Positions 47,829 to 59,146 of a DNA stretch of 64,000 nucleotides are shown one piece after another. The notes below the pieces were generated by a model. It saw only the letters and a list, made by a program, of their open reading frames with translations. It searched no databases and was not told where the DNA came from. Source of the DNA: an uncultured Christensenella sp. (GTDB lineage: Bacteria > Bacillota > Clostridia > Christensenellales > Pumilibacteraceae); the NCBI GenBank assembly GCA_910578545.1, contig CAJTPT010000002.1, forward strand, positions 137,574-201,573. Reading direction: 5' to 3'. The position numbers were made by a program, and so were the translations under genes. Within the stretch, counting starts at the first letter, position 1. The number at the start of each line of letters is the position of its first letter.

Positions 47829-49124
47829 ATGAACAAAAGCTATTTTATTTACACATACGGCTGTCAGATGAACGTTCATGAGTCGGAAAAGCTTGCGGGC
47901 ATACTTTCGGGTATGGGTTATATCGAGGCTCAAGACGTAAGTGACGCCGATATAATCGTTATGAACACCTGTTGCGTGCGCGAAACGGCGGAAACCAAGG
48001 TGTACGGACATCTCGGGCGCATAAAAAGTCAAAAGAAGCCCGGCTCTGTATTAGCGGTTTGCGGGTGCATGACTCAGCAACAGGGCGCCGCTGATAGGCT
48101 TGTTAAGCGGTGTGGTTTTGTGGACATAGTTATCGGAACGTTTAATCAGCCGCGGCTCTGCGATTATATAAACGAGTTTTTGCATACAGGAACGCGAATT
48201 GTCGAGGTATGGGCATCCGAAAATGACGGGGATTGTGCCGAAACGTCTAACGTAAAAAGGTCGTCGGGTATAAATGCCTGGGTAAATATTATGTACGGGT
48301 GCAATAATTTTTGTACATACTGCATAGTTCCGTACGTTCGCGGCAGAGAGCGGTCGCGCCCTATAGACGATATAATATCCGACGTCGACGGACTTTTGTC
48401 CGACGGATACAAACAAATAACGCTTTTGGGTCAAAACGTAAATTCATACAGCTACAAGGATAAAACATTTATCGATCTTTTAAAATCGCTCGAAAGCGAC
48501 AAGAAGTATCGTCTTAAGTTTATGACGTCACACCCCAAGGACGTTTCGCCCGAGCTTGCGAGTCTTATGGCGCAGTCAAAGACTCTCGCAAAAAATCTGC
48601 ATTTGCCCGTACAGTCGGGGAGCAACCGTATTCTTTCGGAAATGAACAGGCGGTATACTCGCGAGCAGTATTTTGATAAAATTTCACGTTTTAAGCAGGA
48701 AATGCCTGATATCGGACTTAGCTCGGATATTATGGTTGGATTTCCCACAGAAACGGAAGAGGACTTTGTACAAACGTTGGACCTTGTCGAGCGCGTAAAA
48801 TACAATAATTTGTTTATGTTTATATATTCGCGCCGCAGTGGTACGCCTGCAGATAAAATGCCACAGCTTGATTATGCTACCAAGCAAAAGCGAATAGACA
48901 GACTGATTAAATTTCAATTTGAAATTTCCAAAGCCGTTGCCGCCGAAAAGATCGGAAAAGTCTACGAGGTGCTCGTTTCGGATAAGACAGACGGTAAATG
49001 TTATGGCAAAGCGGAAAACGATATTGCTATTTCGTTTAAAAGCGATACGGTCAACGTCGGCGACTTTGTATCGGTCAAGGTTGCGTCGGCTAAAAACGCT
49101 AATTTAACAGGTGAGGTGATATAA
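47829..49124 (+). CDS. miaB: tRNA methylthiotransferase MiaB
   Basis: TYGCQMN, NTCCVRE, GCNNFCTYC, HLPVQSGS; C-terminal TRAM-like region. Confidence 0.95.
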   Translation: MNKSYFIYTYGCQMNVHESEKLAGILSGMGYIEAQDVSDADIIVMNTCCVRETAETKVYGHLGRIKSQKKPGSVLAVCGCMTQQQGAADRLVKRCGFVDIVIGTFNQPRLCDYINEFLHTGTRIVEVWASENDGDCAETSNVKRSSGINAWVNIMYGCNNFCTYCIVPYVRGRERSRPIDDIISDVDGLLSDGYKQITLLGQNVNSYSYKDKTFIDLLKSLESDKKYRLKFMTSHPKDVSPELASLMAQSKTLAKNLHLPVQSGSNRILSEMNRRYTREQYFDKISRFKQEMPDIGLSSDIMVGFPTETEEDFVQTLDLVERVKYNNLFMFIYSRRSGTPADKMPQLDYATKQKRIDRLIKFQFEISKAVAAEKIGKVYEVLVSDKTDGKCYGKAENDIAISFKSDTVNVGDFVSVKVASAKNANLTGEVI

Positions 49125-51697
49125 TGGCTTTATCGCCCATGATGACGCAGTACAGAAAGATAAAAAGCGACTATCCCGATACGATACTTATGTTTCGGCT
49201 CGGTGATTTTTACGAGATGTTTTTTGACGACGCCGTAACTGTTTCCAAAGAGCTTGATTTAACGCTGACCGGCAGAGCGTGCGGCAATAACGAGCGCGCG
49301 CCGATGTGCGGCGTACCGCATCACGCCGTCCAAGGCTATATTGCAAAGCTGCTTAAAAAGGGTTATAAGGTCGCCATTTGCGAGCAAATGCAAGATCCCG
49401 CCGAAGTAAAAGGCATAGTCGATCGCGAGGTTACGCGCATTATTACCGGCGGTACGATAACCGATATCGACAGTTTGAGCGAGGATAAAAACAACTTTTT
49501 AATGTCGCTGTATCTTGACGAAAAGGGCGTCGGTGCGGTTTGGACAGATATAACCACGGCGGAAACGTATAATCACTACGTACCGTGTCCGGTAAAAGTC
49601 AAGCTTAACGATTTGTTGCTGAGGATACGCCCGTCGGAGATAATCGCAAATTCTAAGATGATGGAAGAGAGCGTCGAGCTTTCGGCTGTCAAGTACGGGT
49701 CTGTGTGCATGCTTTCTCAATACGACGACGCTATGTACGACTTTGATACGGCTAAGCGTGCTCTTTCCGAGGTTTTGGACGAAAAGGAACTTAAAAAGCT
49801 GTGCTTAACGCCTGCATGCGTATGTGCGGAAGGCGCATTGGTCGCGTATGTAAGACACAATCAATTCCGCAGGGATATCAATATCGGCAATTCCGAAAGC
49901 TACGAGTCGGAATTGTATATGGATATCGATTCCAATTCGGCAAGAACCCTTGAGCTTGTCGAGTCACAAAGTCGCAAACGCGGAACGACTCTTCGCGACG
50001 TAATAAACAAAACGTGCACGCCAATGGGCGACCGTCAACTTCAAAAGTGGATATTGCGCCCGCTGTGCAATAAGTCTGCTATCGATAGACGGCTTGCCGC
50101 TGTGGACGAGCTGTACCGAGATACTATAATGCGCGAACGACTGCGCACATCGCTTGCCGCCATAAAGGATATAGTAAGAATTTCGGCAAACTTGTCACTT
50201 GGAGAAATAAAACAGCGCGACACGCTTGCGCTTAACGTTTCGTTCCACGCTTTGCCCGACATCAAGAATACGCTTTCGTCTGCGCCGTCGCCGTTACTAA
50301 ATGATATAAACAATCGTATTGACGTAATGGACGAGCTTGCGGATCTTATAGATCGCGCAGTATATACGCCGACGAATGCTGACGGCAAGGACGAGGTTTA
50401 TATTATTAAGTCGGGGTATGACGCACAGTTGGATGAATACCGCGAGCTCGTAAAAAACTCACGCGGTATTATTGCCCAAATGGAAGCGGAAGAGCGCGAA
50501 AAAACTCAAATCAAAAATTTGAGGATTTCGTACAACAGGCTTTTCGGGTATTTTATCGAGGTGCCTCGGCAATTCGATTCGATGGTGCCGGATTATTATC
50601 AGCGCAGACAAACGGTATCCAATGCAGAAAGGTACTGCACGGATGAGCTTAAAGACCTTGAGTTTAAGCTTCTAAATGCCGCAGATTTAGCCGATAAGCG
50701 GGAAAGACAACTTTATTTGGAACTGCTGTCCGTTCTCCGTTTAAAATGCAACCAAATCAACGAGCTTGGAAAGGCGATTGCCGATCTCGATTGCATAGTA
50801 TCACTGGCGACCGTTGCCAAACAGAACGGTTATTGCCGTCCCGAGATTGCGGACTTCGGCGAAATATCTATAACCGAGGGTAGACACCCTGTTGCCGAGC
50901 TCTTACCGTCGGACGAACTGTTTGTTCCCAACTCAACTGCTTTAAATTTCGACGATTCAAAAATCATGCTTATAACAGGTCCGAATATGGCGGGTAAAAG
51001 CCTGTATATGCGGCAGGTCGCGTTGATTACGGTACTTGCTCATATGGGCTCGTTCGTGCCCGCCAAATCGGCCAAAATCGGACTCGTGGACAAGATTTTT
51101 ACTCGAGTAGGCGCAAGCGACGATTTGTCTACGGGGCGCAGTACGTTTATGGTTGAGATGACCGAGGTTTCGCAAATAATCGAAAACGCTACCGACAACA
51201 GTCTTATTTTGCTTGACGAGATAGGTCGCGGCACCTCTACTTACGACGGGCTAAGCATCGCTTGGGCGGTAATAGAACATATAGCACAAAAGCTTAAAGC
51301 AAAGGTATTATTTTCCACACACTTCCATGAACTTACGGAGCTCGAGGGCACGATTTACGGGCTTAAAAATTACAAATTCACAGCTAAAGAAAACGATGGC
51401 GGTATAAAGTTTATTCGCAAGATAATGCGCGGAAGTGCAAACAAAAGCTTCGGCATAGAGGTTTCGGCTTTAGCGGGATTGCCGTCAAACGTTCTTGATA
51501 GGGCAAAACAGCTTTTGGCTCAGCTTGTAAGCGCCGATATTGCGCACAAGGCGAACGACGTTCGGCAACTATCTCTGTTTGATAACGTATCCCGTCATGA
51601 CGAGATCATACGTATTCTGCGTGACATAGACGTCAATAATATTACACCTCGCAATGCGCTTGACATACTTTGCGATTTAAAGGAAAAACTTGACTAA
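49124..51697 (+). CDS. mutS: DNA mismatch repair protein MutS
   Basis: GDFYEMF, TGPNMAGKS, STFMVEM, DEIGRGT and QLSLF clamp motif. Confidence 0.98.
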   Translation: MALSPMMTQYRKIKSDYPDTILMFRLGDFYEMFFDDAVTVSKELDLTLTGRACGNNERAPMCGVPHHAVQGYIAKLLKKGYKVAICEQMQDPAEVKGIVDREVTRIITGGTITDIDSLSEDKNNFLMSLYLDEKGVGAVWTDITTAETYNHYVPCPVKVKLNDLLLRIRPSEIIANSKMMEESVELSAVKYGSVCMLSQYDDAMYDFDTAKRALSEVLDEKELKKLCLTPACVCAEGALVAYVRHNQFRRDINIGNSESYESELYMDIDSNSARTLELVESQSRKRGTTLRDVINKTCTPMGDRQLQKWILRPLCNKSAIDRRLAAVDELYRDTIMRERLRTSLAAIKDIVRISANLSLGEIKQRDTLALNVSFHALPDIKNTLSSAPSPLLNDINNRIDVMDELADLIDRAVYTPTNADGKDEVYIIKSGYDAQLDEYRELVKNSRGIIAQMEAEEREKTQIKNLRISYNRLFGYFIEVPRQFDSMVPDYYQRRQTVSNAERYCTDELKDLEFKLLNAADLADKRERQLYLELLSVLRLKCNQINELGKAIADLDCIVSLATVAKQNGYCRPEIADFGEISITEGRHPVAELLPSDELFVPNSTALNFDDSKIMLITGPNMAGKSLYMRQVALITVLAHMGSFVPAKSAKIGLVDKIFTRVGASDDLSTGRSTFMVEMTEVSQIIENATDNSLILLDEIGRGTSTYDGLSIAWAVIEHIAQKLKAKVLFSTHFHELTELEGTIYGLKNYKFTAKENDGGIKFIRKIMRGSANKSFGIEVSALAGLPSNVLDRAKQLLAQLVSADIAHKANDVRQLSLFDNVSRHDEIIRILRDIDVNNITPRNALDILCDLKEKLD

Positions 51698-53505
51698 TGA
51701 AAATCAACAAGCTTCCAAGTGAGATATTCAACCGCATTGCGGCGGGCGAGGTTGTAGAAAGTCCTGCGTCCATTGTAAAAGAGCTTACCGAAAATGCAAT
51801 CGACGCGGGCGCAACAGAGATTTCAGTGTCCGTTCGCGGCGGTGGTATAGATAAAATAACCGTTATCGACAATGGGTGCGGAATCGATTTTGACGATTTA
51901 CCTACCGCATTTATGCCGCATGCTACTAGCAAAATAAAAAATTTGGACGATTTGGACACTATATCCACACTTGGCTTTCGTGGCGAGGCTTTGCCGAGTA
52001 TTGCGGCTGTTGCGGACGTTACGATGATTTCACGAACGGCAGACTGTGAAGTAGGCGGAAAAATCGTTTATAACGGCGGGCGCTTGATATCTCACGATAA
52101 AGTCGGCGCGGCTCTTGGCACGGTCGTTAATATAGAGAATCTTTTTGCAAACATTCCCGCACGAAAGAAGTTTTTACAAAAACCGTCGCGAGAGGAAACC
52201 AAGATTTTCACCTTTATAGAACATCTCGTTCTCGCTAATCCCAACATAGTATTTAAATTCGACAGCGAAACCAAACGCTTTGCTTCGCCGGGTGAGGGGC
52301 TTGAAAGTGCGGTCTTTGCAGTTTACGGCGACGTCGTTTTAAGAAATACCGTCAAGGTAAAGCTTGACGAGCCGCCTATTTCCGTTGAGGGTTTTACGTG
52401 TTTACCCACGTTTACAAAGCCGTCCAAAAACTATCAGAATATAATAATTAACGGTCGGTATGTGGAAAGTATAGATATTCAGTATGCGGTGTATTCGGTG
52501 TATGCGTCGTATTTGATGAAACGGCAGTATCCGCTATTCGTACTGCATATAACTATGCCGTTTGATATGGTTGACGTCAACGTTCATCCAAGCAAGCTTC
52601 AAGTTAAGTTTGCCGATACGGTAGCCGTCAAATCAACGGTTGCACGCGCAGTCAAAAATGCAGTCATGCCCAAGCTTACGGATCCAAAAAAACTTGACGA
52701 CGAGGATTTTTCATTTAGTGAAGCTCCGCCCAAAAAAGAGGAATACGGATCGTCCCATACGCTTTTTTCGTCGTTTTTCAATATCACACAACCGCCTGTC
52801 GCGCCTACCGTAGCGGACCAGGTCCCAGAGCCGCCGCAGAGTCTGCAAACGGGCGACATAGCGCAACCGCCTGTTTACGCGGATTTATACGCTTCGGCTT
52901 CCGATTATTCGCACAAAGAACAGTTTGTTCCGACAGAAAGTAAATTTATAGGCAAACTATTCAACACATACATCATTTTGGAACACGGCGATAATTGCTA
53001 TTTTATCGATCAGCATGCCGCACATGAAAAACTGTTGTATGACAAGCTTTTGCGCGACTATGAGTCTAAACGTTTGGTTACCCAACCTTTAATGATCCCG
53101 TTCGTTTTTGACGTATCGCCGCAGGATGCCGAGCTTTTGAGCGAAAATATCGAACTGTTGGAGGATTGCGGTTTCGGCATTACGCCGTTCGGAGAATATA
53201 CGTTTACCATGTCGTATCTTCCGTATGAGTGTGCGGGAATAGACATGCAAGCGTTTGTTTCCGACATGCTGCTACTTATTAATTCGCGCGAAAAAAGTCC
53301 GATGATTTTAAAAGAACGTCTGATGCAGGCGGCATGCAAAGCCGCTGTAAAAGGCGAGATTGACGATTTAAGCCAGTCTGAAATTGACGCACTGCTTTCG
53401 GAAATGTCCGCGCGCAACATCACGCTTTTTTGTCCGCACGGCAGACCCATTGCAGTATGCTTTTCCAAAAAGGAGATTGAAAAGTGGTTCAAGCGAATCG
53501 TGTAA
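51697..53505 (+). CDS. mutL: DNA mismatch repair endonuclease MutL
   Basis: IAAGEVV, GFRGEAL, DVNVHP, DQHAAHE and CPHGRP motifs. Confidence 0.98.
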   Translation: MKINKLPSEIFNRIAAGEVVESPASIVKELTENAIDAGATEISVSVRGGGIDKITVIDNGCGIDFDDLPTAFMPHATSKIKNLDDLDTISTLGFRGEALPSIAAVADVTMISRTADCEVGGKIVYNGGRLISHDKVGAALGTVVNIENLFANIPARKKFLQKPSREETKIFTFIEHLVLANPNIVFKFDSETKRFASPGEGLESAVFAVYGDVVLRNTVKVKLDEPPISVEGFTCLPTFTKPSKNYQNIIINGRYVESIDIQYAVYSVYASYLMKRQYPLFVLHITMPFDMVDVNVHPSKLQVKFADTVAVKSTVARAVKNAVMPKLTDPKKLDDEDFSFSEAPPKKEEYGSSHTLFSSFFNITQPPVAPTVADQVPEPPQSLQTGDIAQPPVYADLYASASDYSHKEQFVPTESKFIGKLFNTYIILEHGDNCYFIDQHAAHEKLLYDKLLRDYESKRLVTQPLMIPFVFDVSPQDAELLSENIELLEDCGFGITPFGEYTFTMSYLPYECAGIDMQAFVSDMLLLINSREKSPMILKERLMQAACKAAVKGEIDDLSQSEIDALLSEMSARNITLFCPHGRPIAVCFSKKEIEKWFKRIV

Positions 53506-54401
53506 AACTCCTTGCTATTGTCGGTTGTACTGCGGTAGGTAAGTCCGAAACTGCGCTCAAGCTCGCCAGGCAGTTCAACGGAGAGCTAATCGGCGCCGAT
53601 TCAATGCAAATATACAAGGGCTTTGACATCGGCACGGGCAAACTGACAAAGGACGAATGCAGCGGCATTGTTCACAAAATGATTGATATTGTCGACGGCG
53701 ATGCCGATTTTTCGGTAGGCGAGTATGTCGAACTCGCAAAAAAAGAAATACAAAAAACAATCGACTGCGGCAAAACGCCGATAGTGGTGGGGGGTACGGG
53801 ATTGTACGTCTATTCTCTTTTATCAGGCTGTAACTTTGCCGACACACCCAAAGATGAAATGTTCAGGCGCGCGCTGAAAATCACGGCGCATTTTTTCGGT
53901 CAATCCGTAATGCACGAATTGCTTAATAAAGTGGACGGCGTGTCTGCACAAAAGATTTCCGCAAACGACGGAAAGCGGGTGATACGCGCATTGGAAATCT
54001 ATCATCTGTGTGGGAAACCCAAGTCAGACGCAGTAGTGCGCGATAAGCCGTATGATGACCTTACAATCGTTTTAACTCTTCCGCGCCCGCTTTTGTACGA
54101 GCGGATAAACGCACGAGTCAAAAAAATGTTTGACGACGGCTTAATACATGAAACAAAAGGGCTTTTAAAATACAAGGACTGCGGATCCATGCAAGCGCTT
54201 GGATATAAGCAGATCGCAAGCGATTTGACTGCGCCGCGCGAATATTTGGAAGCAATCACCGCTCAGAAAACAAGAAACTACGCCAAACGACAAACAACGT
54301 ATTTTAACAATATGAAGCTGAATAAGGTTTTTATCGATGCTCGAAATTATGAGCAAGTAGTCGACGTTGCCCGCCGTTTTTGGGGGATAGGTAATGAATA
54401 A
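53484..54401 (+). CDS. miaA: tRNA dimethylallyltransferase
   Basis: GCTAVGKS, DSMQIY, VGGTGLY, NYAKRQ; AGGAG SD before a GTG start. Confidence 0.96.
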   Translation: MVQANRVKLLAIVGCTAVGKSETALKLARQFNGELIGADSMQIYKGFDIGTGKLTKDECSGIVHKMIDIVDGDADFSVGEYVELAKKEIQKTIDCGKTPIVVGGTGLYVYSLLSGCNFADTPKDEMFRRALKITAHFFGQSVMHELLNKVDGVSAQKISANDGKRVIRALEIYHLCGKPKSDAVVRDKPYDDLTIVLTLPRPLLYERINARVKKMFDDGLIHETKGLLKYKDCGSMQALGYKQIASDLTAPREYLEAITAQKTRNYAKRQTTYFNNMKLNKVFIDARNYEQVVDVARRFWGIGNE

Positions 54402-55599
54402 AATAATTAAACAAGCTTTATCCGATTTATCCAAGCGGTTTGACGAAATAGACGGCATATCGCTTTTTAATCAACAAAAAGTTTTGAACGCATTTATAAA
54501 AAACAAAATTGCGTTAAGGCATTTTTCGCCGACAACAGGTTACGGCTACGACGACGTTGGGCGCGACACGCTTAACAAGCTTTTTGCCGACGTATTTAGC
54601 ACCCAAGACGCAATCGTTTCGCCACTAATTGCTTCGGGAACGCACGCGCTTACAATAGCTTTATTCGGATTGCTTCGCCCCGGTGAAACCTTGCTTTGTG
54701 CAACGGGCAAGCCGTACGACACGCTTAACGACGTCATTTTCGGCGACGGAATAGGGTCATTAAAGGACTTTGGCGTTAACTGCGTAATTGTGCCGCTTAA
54801 AGATGGGAAACCCGATTTAGAGGCAATTAAAGCCAAATGCGCAACGGTTAAGCCGTCACTTGTCGCTATTCAGCGTTCGCGTGGTTACGACATGCGCCCA
54901 GCGCTTTCCGTAAAACAAATCGACGAGATTATTACTGCCGTTAAAGAAATAGGTTGCCGCGTTATGGTGGATAACTGCTACGGCGAGTTTACCGAAGATA
55001 TAGAGCCGTCTGATGCCGACGTTCTGGTCGGATCGCTTATAAAAAATCCGGGTGGCGGTATAGCCCCGACGGGCGGATATATATGCGGTAAGACCGATGC
55101 TATAGCGCAAATAGAAGGGCGGTTGACATCGCCGTCAATAGGTCGGGAGGTGGGCTCGTATGCGGGGGATTACCGTCCGTTTTATCAAGGACTGTTTTTG
55201 TCGCCGCATGTGACCGCACAAAGTATTAAAACGGCATTACTGTTTTCACAGGTATTCTCGTTGCTCGGATATACAACATTACCCAATCCAAACGATTCGG
55301 TTGACGATATCATTTGCTCGATAATGTTTAACGACGAGCAAAAGCTTATTGACTTTTGCAAAACGATACAATCCGTTTCGCCGGTTGATAGCTTTGCTTC
55401 ACCCGAACCGTGGGCAATGCCCGGATATAACGACAAGGTGATTATGGCGGCCGGAGCGTTTGTTCAAGGCTCGTCTATCGAACTCTCGTGCGACGCGCCG
55501 ATACGCCCTCCGTACACGGCGTACTTGCAGGGCGGACTAACATTTGAGCACGGTATAATCGCGCTCGAAAAATGTTTGGAAGTTTTGGGAATAAATTAA
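54394..55599 (+). CDS. Methionine gamma-lyase family / YnbB-like PLP enzyme
   Basis: [28 protein letters not shown] and IELSCDAP motifs. Confidence 0.92.
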   Translation: MNKIIKQALSDLSKRFDEIDGISLFNQQKVLNAFIKNKIALRHFSPTTGYGYDDVGRDTLNKLFADVFSTQDAIVSPLIASGTHALTIALFGLLRPGETLLCATGKPYDTLNDVIFGDGIGSLKDFGVNCVIVPLKDGKPDLEAIKAKCATVKPSLVAIQRSRGYDMRPALSVKQIDEIITAVKEIGCRVMVDNCYGEFTEDIEPSDADVLVGSLIKNPGGGIAPTGGYICGKTDAIAQIEGRLTSPSIGREVGSYAGDYRPFYQGLFLSPHVTAQSIKTALLFSQVFSLLGYTTLPNPNDSVDDIICSIMFNDEQKLIDFCKTIQSVSPVDSFASPEPWAMPGYNDKVIMAAGAFVQGSSIELSCDAPIRPPYTAYLQGGLTFEHGIIALEKCLEVLGIN

Positions 55600-55660
55600 A
55601 CTAAACAGGCTAAAATTAATTTTAAATACTCTCTACATATTTTGTAGGGAGTATTATATT

Positions 55661-56956
55661 GTGGAAGCAAAAATCGCAAAGATAATGGCAAGAGAAGTCT
55701 TGGATTCACGGTCTAATCCGACTGTCGAGGCGGAAGTTGTTTTGGAAAACGGCGTTGTGGGCAGAGCAATCGCGCCGTCAGGTGCGTCGACGGGAGAGTA
55801 CGAAGCGGTGGAACTTCGCGACGGGGATAAATCGCGTTACGGCGGCAAGGGCGTAACAAAAGCCGTTGCAAACATTAATACGATTATAAACGAGGCTTTA
55901 AAGAGCAAAAACGCGTTAAACACGTATGAGATTGACAGCATTATGCTGACAGCCGATAAAACGGAAAACAAAAGCGCACTTGGTGCGAACGCCATTTTGG
56001 CGGTATCCTTGGCGACGGCAAACGCGGCGGCGACGGCAGTCGAAATGCCTTTGTACAGGTTTATCGGCGGAAGTCAAGCAAATACTCTTCCTGTTCCGAT
56101 GATGAATATTCTTAACGGCGGCGCACATGCGGCAAACACCGTGGACGTTCAGGAATTTATGATTATGCCGATCGGTGCGACTAAATTCAGTGAGGCGCTA
56201 AGGTGGTGCTCTGAGGTGTACAACGGCCTTAAAACGTTGTTAAAGCAAGCCAATCTTGCAACGTCGGTTGGCGACGAGGGTGGTTTTGCGCCCAATCTCG
56301 AAAGCGACGAGCAAGCGATAAAAATCATCATTGACGCAATAAAGAAATCGGGGTTTAAAGAGGAAAAGGATTTTGTAATTGCACTCGATGCGGCGGCAAG
56401 CGAATGGAAGGGAACAAAAAAAGGCGAGTATCGTATGCCCAAGTCCGGCATGGTCGCCACAGCGGATAAGCTGATAGAGCATTGGCAAATGCTTACCGAA
56501 AAGTATCCGGTTTACTCCATCGAGGACGGACTTGACGAGGAAGATTGGGATGGCTGGAAAAGGCTTACAGATACTTTAGGTAATCGTATTCAGCTTGTCG
56601 GCGACGATTTATTCGTAACTAACGAAAAGCGACTAAGGCGCGGGGTCGAGCTCGGCTGTGCAAATGCGATTTTGGTAAAACCTAATCAAATCGGATCGTT
56701 GTCAGAAACGCTTAATGCGGTAAAGTATGCCGATAAAAGCGGATACCAAAGCATACTTTCTCACCGCAGCGGAGAAACGGAAGACACTGCTATTGCAGAT
56801 TTGGCCGTTGCGACAAATTGCGGTCAAATCAAAACCGGCGCACCGTGCAGATCGGAAAGAATTGCAAAATACAATAGGCTGTTACGTATAGAGGAAGAGC
56901 TCGGCTGTGCCGCAGTCTATCTTGGTTCCAATGCGTTTCGTGTTAAACGCAAGTAG
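55661..56956 (+). CDS. eno: Enolase
   Basis: [44 protein letters not shown] and RSERIAKYN motifs. Confidence 0.97.
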   Translation: MEAKIAKIMAREVLDSRSNPTVEAEVVLENGVVGRAIAPSGASTGEYEAVELRDGDKSRYGGKGVTKAVANINTIINEALKSKNALNTYEIDSIMLTADKTENKSALGANAILAVSLATANAAATAVEMPLYRFIGGSQANTLPVPMMNILNGGAHAANTVDVQEFMIMPIGATKFSEALRWCSEVYNGLKTLLKQANLATSVGDEGGFAPNLESDEQAIKIIIDAIKKSGFKEEKDFVIALDAAASEWKGTKKGEYRMPKSGMVATADKLIEHWQMLTEKYPVYSIEDGLDEEDWDGWKRLTDTLGNRIQLVGDDLFVTNEKRLRRGVELGCANAILVKPNQIGSLSETLNAVKYADKSGYQSILSHRSGETEDTAIADLAVATNCGQIKTGAPCRSERIAKYNRLLRIEEELGCAAVYLGSNAFRVKRK

Positions 56957-56982
56957 TAAATTATTTTTATCGGTTAAAGATA

Positions 56983-57011
56983 TTGCAAAAAATATGGGAT
57001 TATGTTATAAT
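56983..57011 (+). promoter_or_regulatory. sigma-A promoter of the HIT...thiI operon
   Basis: TTGCAA-17nt-TATAAT with TG extension. Confidence 0.7.
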
Positions 57012-57064
57012 GTATTTTGTCAGAATGCAAACGACTTTTATTTCAAATTAAAAAGGAGGTAAAA

Positions 57065-57427
57065 ATGGACGACTGTATTTTTTGCAAAATCATCAAGGGC
57101 GAAATCCCGTCGAAAAAGTTTTATGAGGACGAGCTCATGATTATTATAGAAGACATATCGCCCAAAGCCGAAAAACACTATTTGGCAATACCAAAAAAAC
57201 ATTATAAGCTTTTTACCGATATGACCGAAGAAGACGGAATCAATCTCGGCAAGTGCATTCGCAAAATAGGCGAACTTGCTCCGTCGTTGGGGCTTGAAAA
57301 CGGTTTTAGGTTTGTCATAAATCAGGGCGACGACGCAGAGCAAACCGTTTTCCATTTACACATGCACCTATTGGGCGGACAAAAGCTTACTTCGTGCGAT
57401 TTCAGAAAGAATGCCAAAAAACAGTAG
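57065..57427 (+). CDS. Histidine triad nucleotide-binding (HINT) protein
   Basis: DCIFCKI and QTVFHLHMHLLGG; AGGAGG SD. Confidence 0.95.
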   Translation: MDDCIFCKIIKGEIPSKKFYEDELMIIIEDISPKAEKHYLAIPKKHYKLFTDMTEEDGINLGKCIRKIGELAPSLGLENGFRFVINQGDDAEQTVFHLHMHLLGGQKLTSCDFRKNAKKQ

Positions 57428-57938
57428 TTTCGCCGTCGTTCAAATGATTGCAGATAAATCGCTTTTCGGCGCTTCGGCTTTACATAAAGTTATGTCTAAT
57501 CAACAGATAGACTTTGACGAAACAGTCGCAGTATTCATGAGTGAAAGCGCCAAAGCATTGTCATTCGACATCGACGGTTCCGGACATTTTGGCGCACTGA
57601 GCAGAGAGCAGTACAAAACATTTATTCTTAAGACTTTGCTGTTTATAGGGATATCTGCGAACGGGAACGGTTTGGCTGTGCTTGCAAGGCTTATCGAGAT
57701 ACTCACGCTACACCCAGTAATGTCGCCCGACGGAGCGATAGAGCAATTTGCAGTCACACATTCGGCTACGTTCAGTACGGTTGAACGCATAGTGGAAAAG
57801 TATTTTAACGTTTACAACGACCGACTTATTATGCGCGTTACAAGCCTTACTCAATCCCAACCAATGACCCCAAAGGATGTTCTTTGCGACCTAAGCGTGT
57901 TTGTAAGAATGAACTTCCTGCAAGAGATAAAACTTTAA
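57411..57938 (+). CDS. Hypothetical protein with divergent Spo0A C-terminal-like domain
   Basis: LLFIGISANGNGLAVLARLI...FAVTHSATFSTVERIV...TPKDVLCDLSVFVR follows the Spo0A effector-domain pattern; aligned by eye. Confidence 0.6.
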   Translation: MPKNSSFAVVQMIADKSLFGASALHKVMSNQQIDFDETVAVFMSESAKALSFDIDGSGHFGALSREQYKTFILKTLLFIGISANGNGLAVLARLIEILTLHPVMSPDGAIEQFAVTHSATFSTVERIVEKYFNVYNDRLIMRVTSLTQSQPMTPKDVLCDLSVFVRMNFLQEIKL

Positions 57939-58456
57939 TGAACGATTTATCGAATAACATTTACATACACAGCCGTCAAAACACCCTTGCCGCCTATACA
58001 TTGCAAAGTTTTTTGCACAACGAGATAGCGCTCGAACGCCTTGCTTGCAAAAACGATATCGCACTTGCTGTATACGACGTAATGTTTTTGCACGGCTTCA
58101 ACATACACCATGTCGGCACTAAGTTTCTTAATTCGCTCGTATGCCGATACGTCATTAAAAGCGATTACTCGGAACAGACTGCAATAACGGCAATTTCGTC
58201 GGCATACGGTTTGGACGAGTCCTATATCATCGGATGTATGCAAGGCTGTATACGAGATAACGATAAGCTCTGTTCTATTGCAAAACGGACTCTCTGTGCA
58301 AATAATATTCCTCAGACCTTGTCTATTCAAGACGTTGTAACAATACTTGGTGCAATTTTTGTAATATACTTTAATTTTACCGTGGACGAGGAGCGGTTTA
58401 TCGAAGACTCACGCCACGCAATCAACTTTAATACTTTGGTATCTGAAAATGGATAA
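57938..58456 (+). CDS. Hypothetical protein, possible second highly divergent Spo0A-C-like domain
   Basis: VMFLHGFNIHHVGTKFLNSLV...AISSAYGLDESYIIGCMQGCI; TAATG-coupled to the previous gene. Confidence 0.5.
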   Translation: MNDLSNNIYIHSRQNTLAAYTLQSFLHNEIALERLACKNDIALAVYDVMFLHGFNIHHVGTKFLNSLVCRYVIKSDYSEQTAITAISSAYGLDESYIIGCMQGCIRDNDKLCSIAKRTLCANNIPQTLSIQDVVTILGAIFVIYFNFTVDEERFIEDSRHAINFNTLVSENG

Positions 58457-59138
58457 TAATGAAAGGAAATATGACGTTCTAATAGTTGACGACGACGAAA
58501 ATATTTGTAGGCTGTTGGAGCTTTATCTTATCCGCGACGGTTTTAACGTGCAAGTCTGTAACGACGGGGAAAGCGCTCTTAACGTCATTAACGGTCGGCC
58601 GTTCGATGTTGTTGTGCTTGATATAATGTTGCCGGGTATCGATGGACTGACAGTTCTGTCCGAGCTTCGCAAATCATCTGACGTGCCGGTAATAATGCTG
58701 TCGGCGCGTGGCGAACTAAGTGATAGGGTATCCGGACTTGATAAAGGCGCGGACGACTATCTTACCAAGCCGTTTGAGCCGCAAGAGCTTATTGCTCGGC
58801 TGCATGCCGTTCTGCGCAGAATCAAGCCCGAAAAGCCCGCTAAGCGTATTACGCTTTTTAATCTCACGGTCAGTATTTCGGACTTCACGGTTACGCTTGA
58901 CGGCGAAAAAATCGACATGCCGCCCAAAGAAATCGAGCTTTTGTATACGCTCGTCAAAACGCCAATGCACGTGTTTACGCGCGACGATTTGTTAAAGAGC
59001 ATTTGGGGGGCCGATTACTCGGGCGACCCGAGGACTGTCGACGTACATATCAAACGCGTTCGTGAAAAGCTCGGCGACAATCCGCATTGGAAACTCACCA
59101 CAGTGTGGGGGGTTGGATACAAAATAGAACTCTTTTAG
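58449..59138 (+). CDS. OmpR/PhoB family response regulator
   Basis: IVDDD, LDIMLP, KPF, RTVDVHIKRVR and TVWGVGY motifs. Confidence 0.96.
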   Translation: MDNNERKYDVLIVDDDENICRLLELYLIRDGFNVQVCNDGESALNVINGRPFDVVVLDIMLPGIDGLTVLSELRKSSDVPVIMLSARGELSDRVSGLDKGADDYLTKPFEPQELIARLHAVLRRIKPEKPAKRITLFNLTVSISDFTVTLDGEKIDMPPKEIELLYTLVKTPMHVFTRDDLLKSIWGADYSGDPRTVDVHIKRVREKLGDNPHWKLTTVWGVGYKIELF

Positions 59139-59146
59139 GAAAAACC

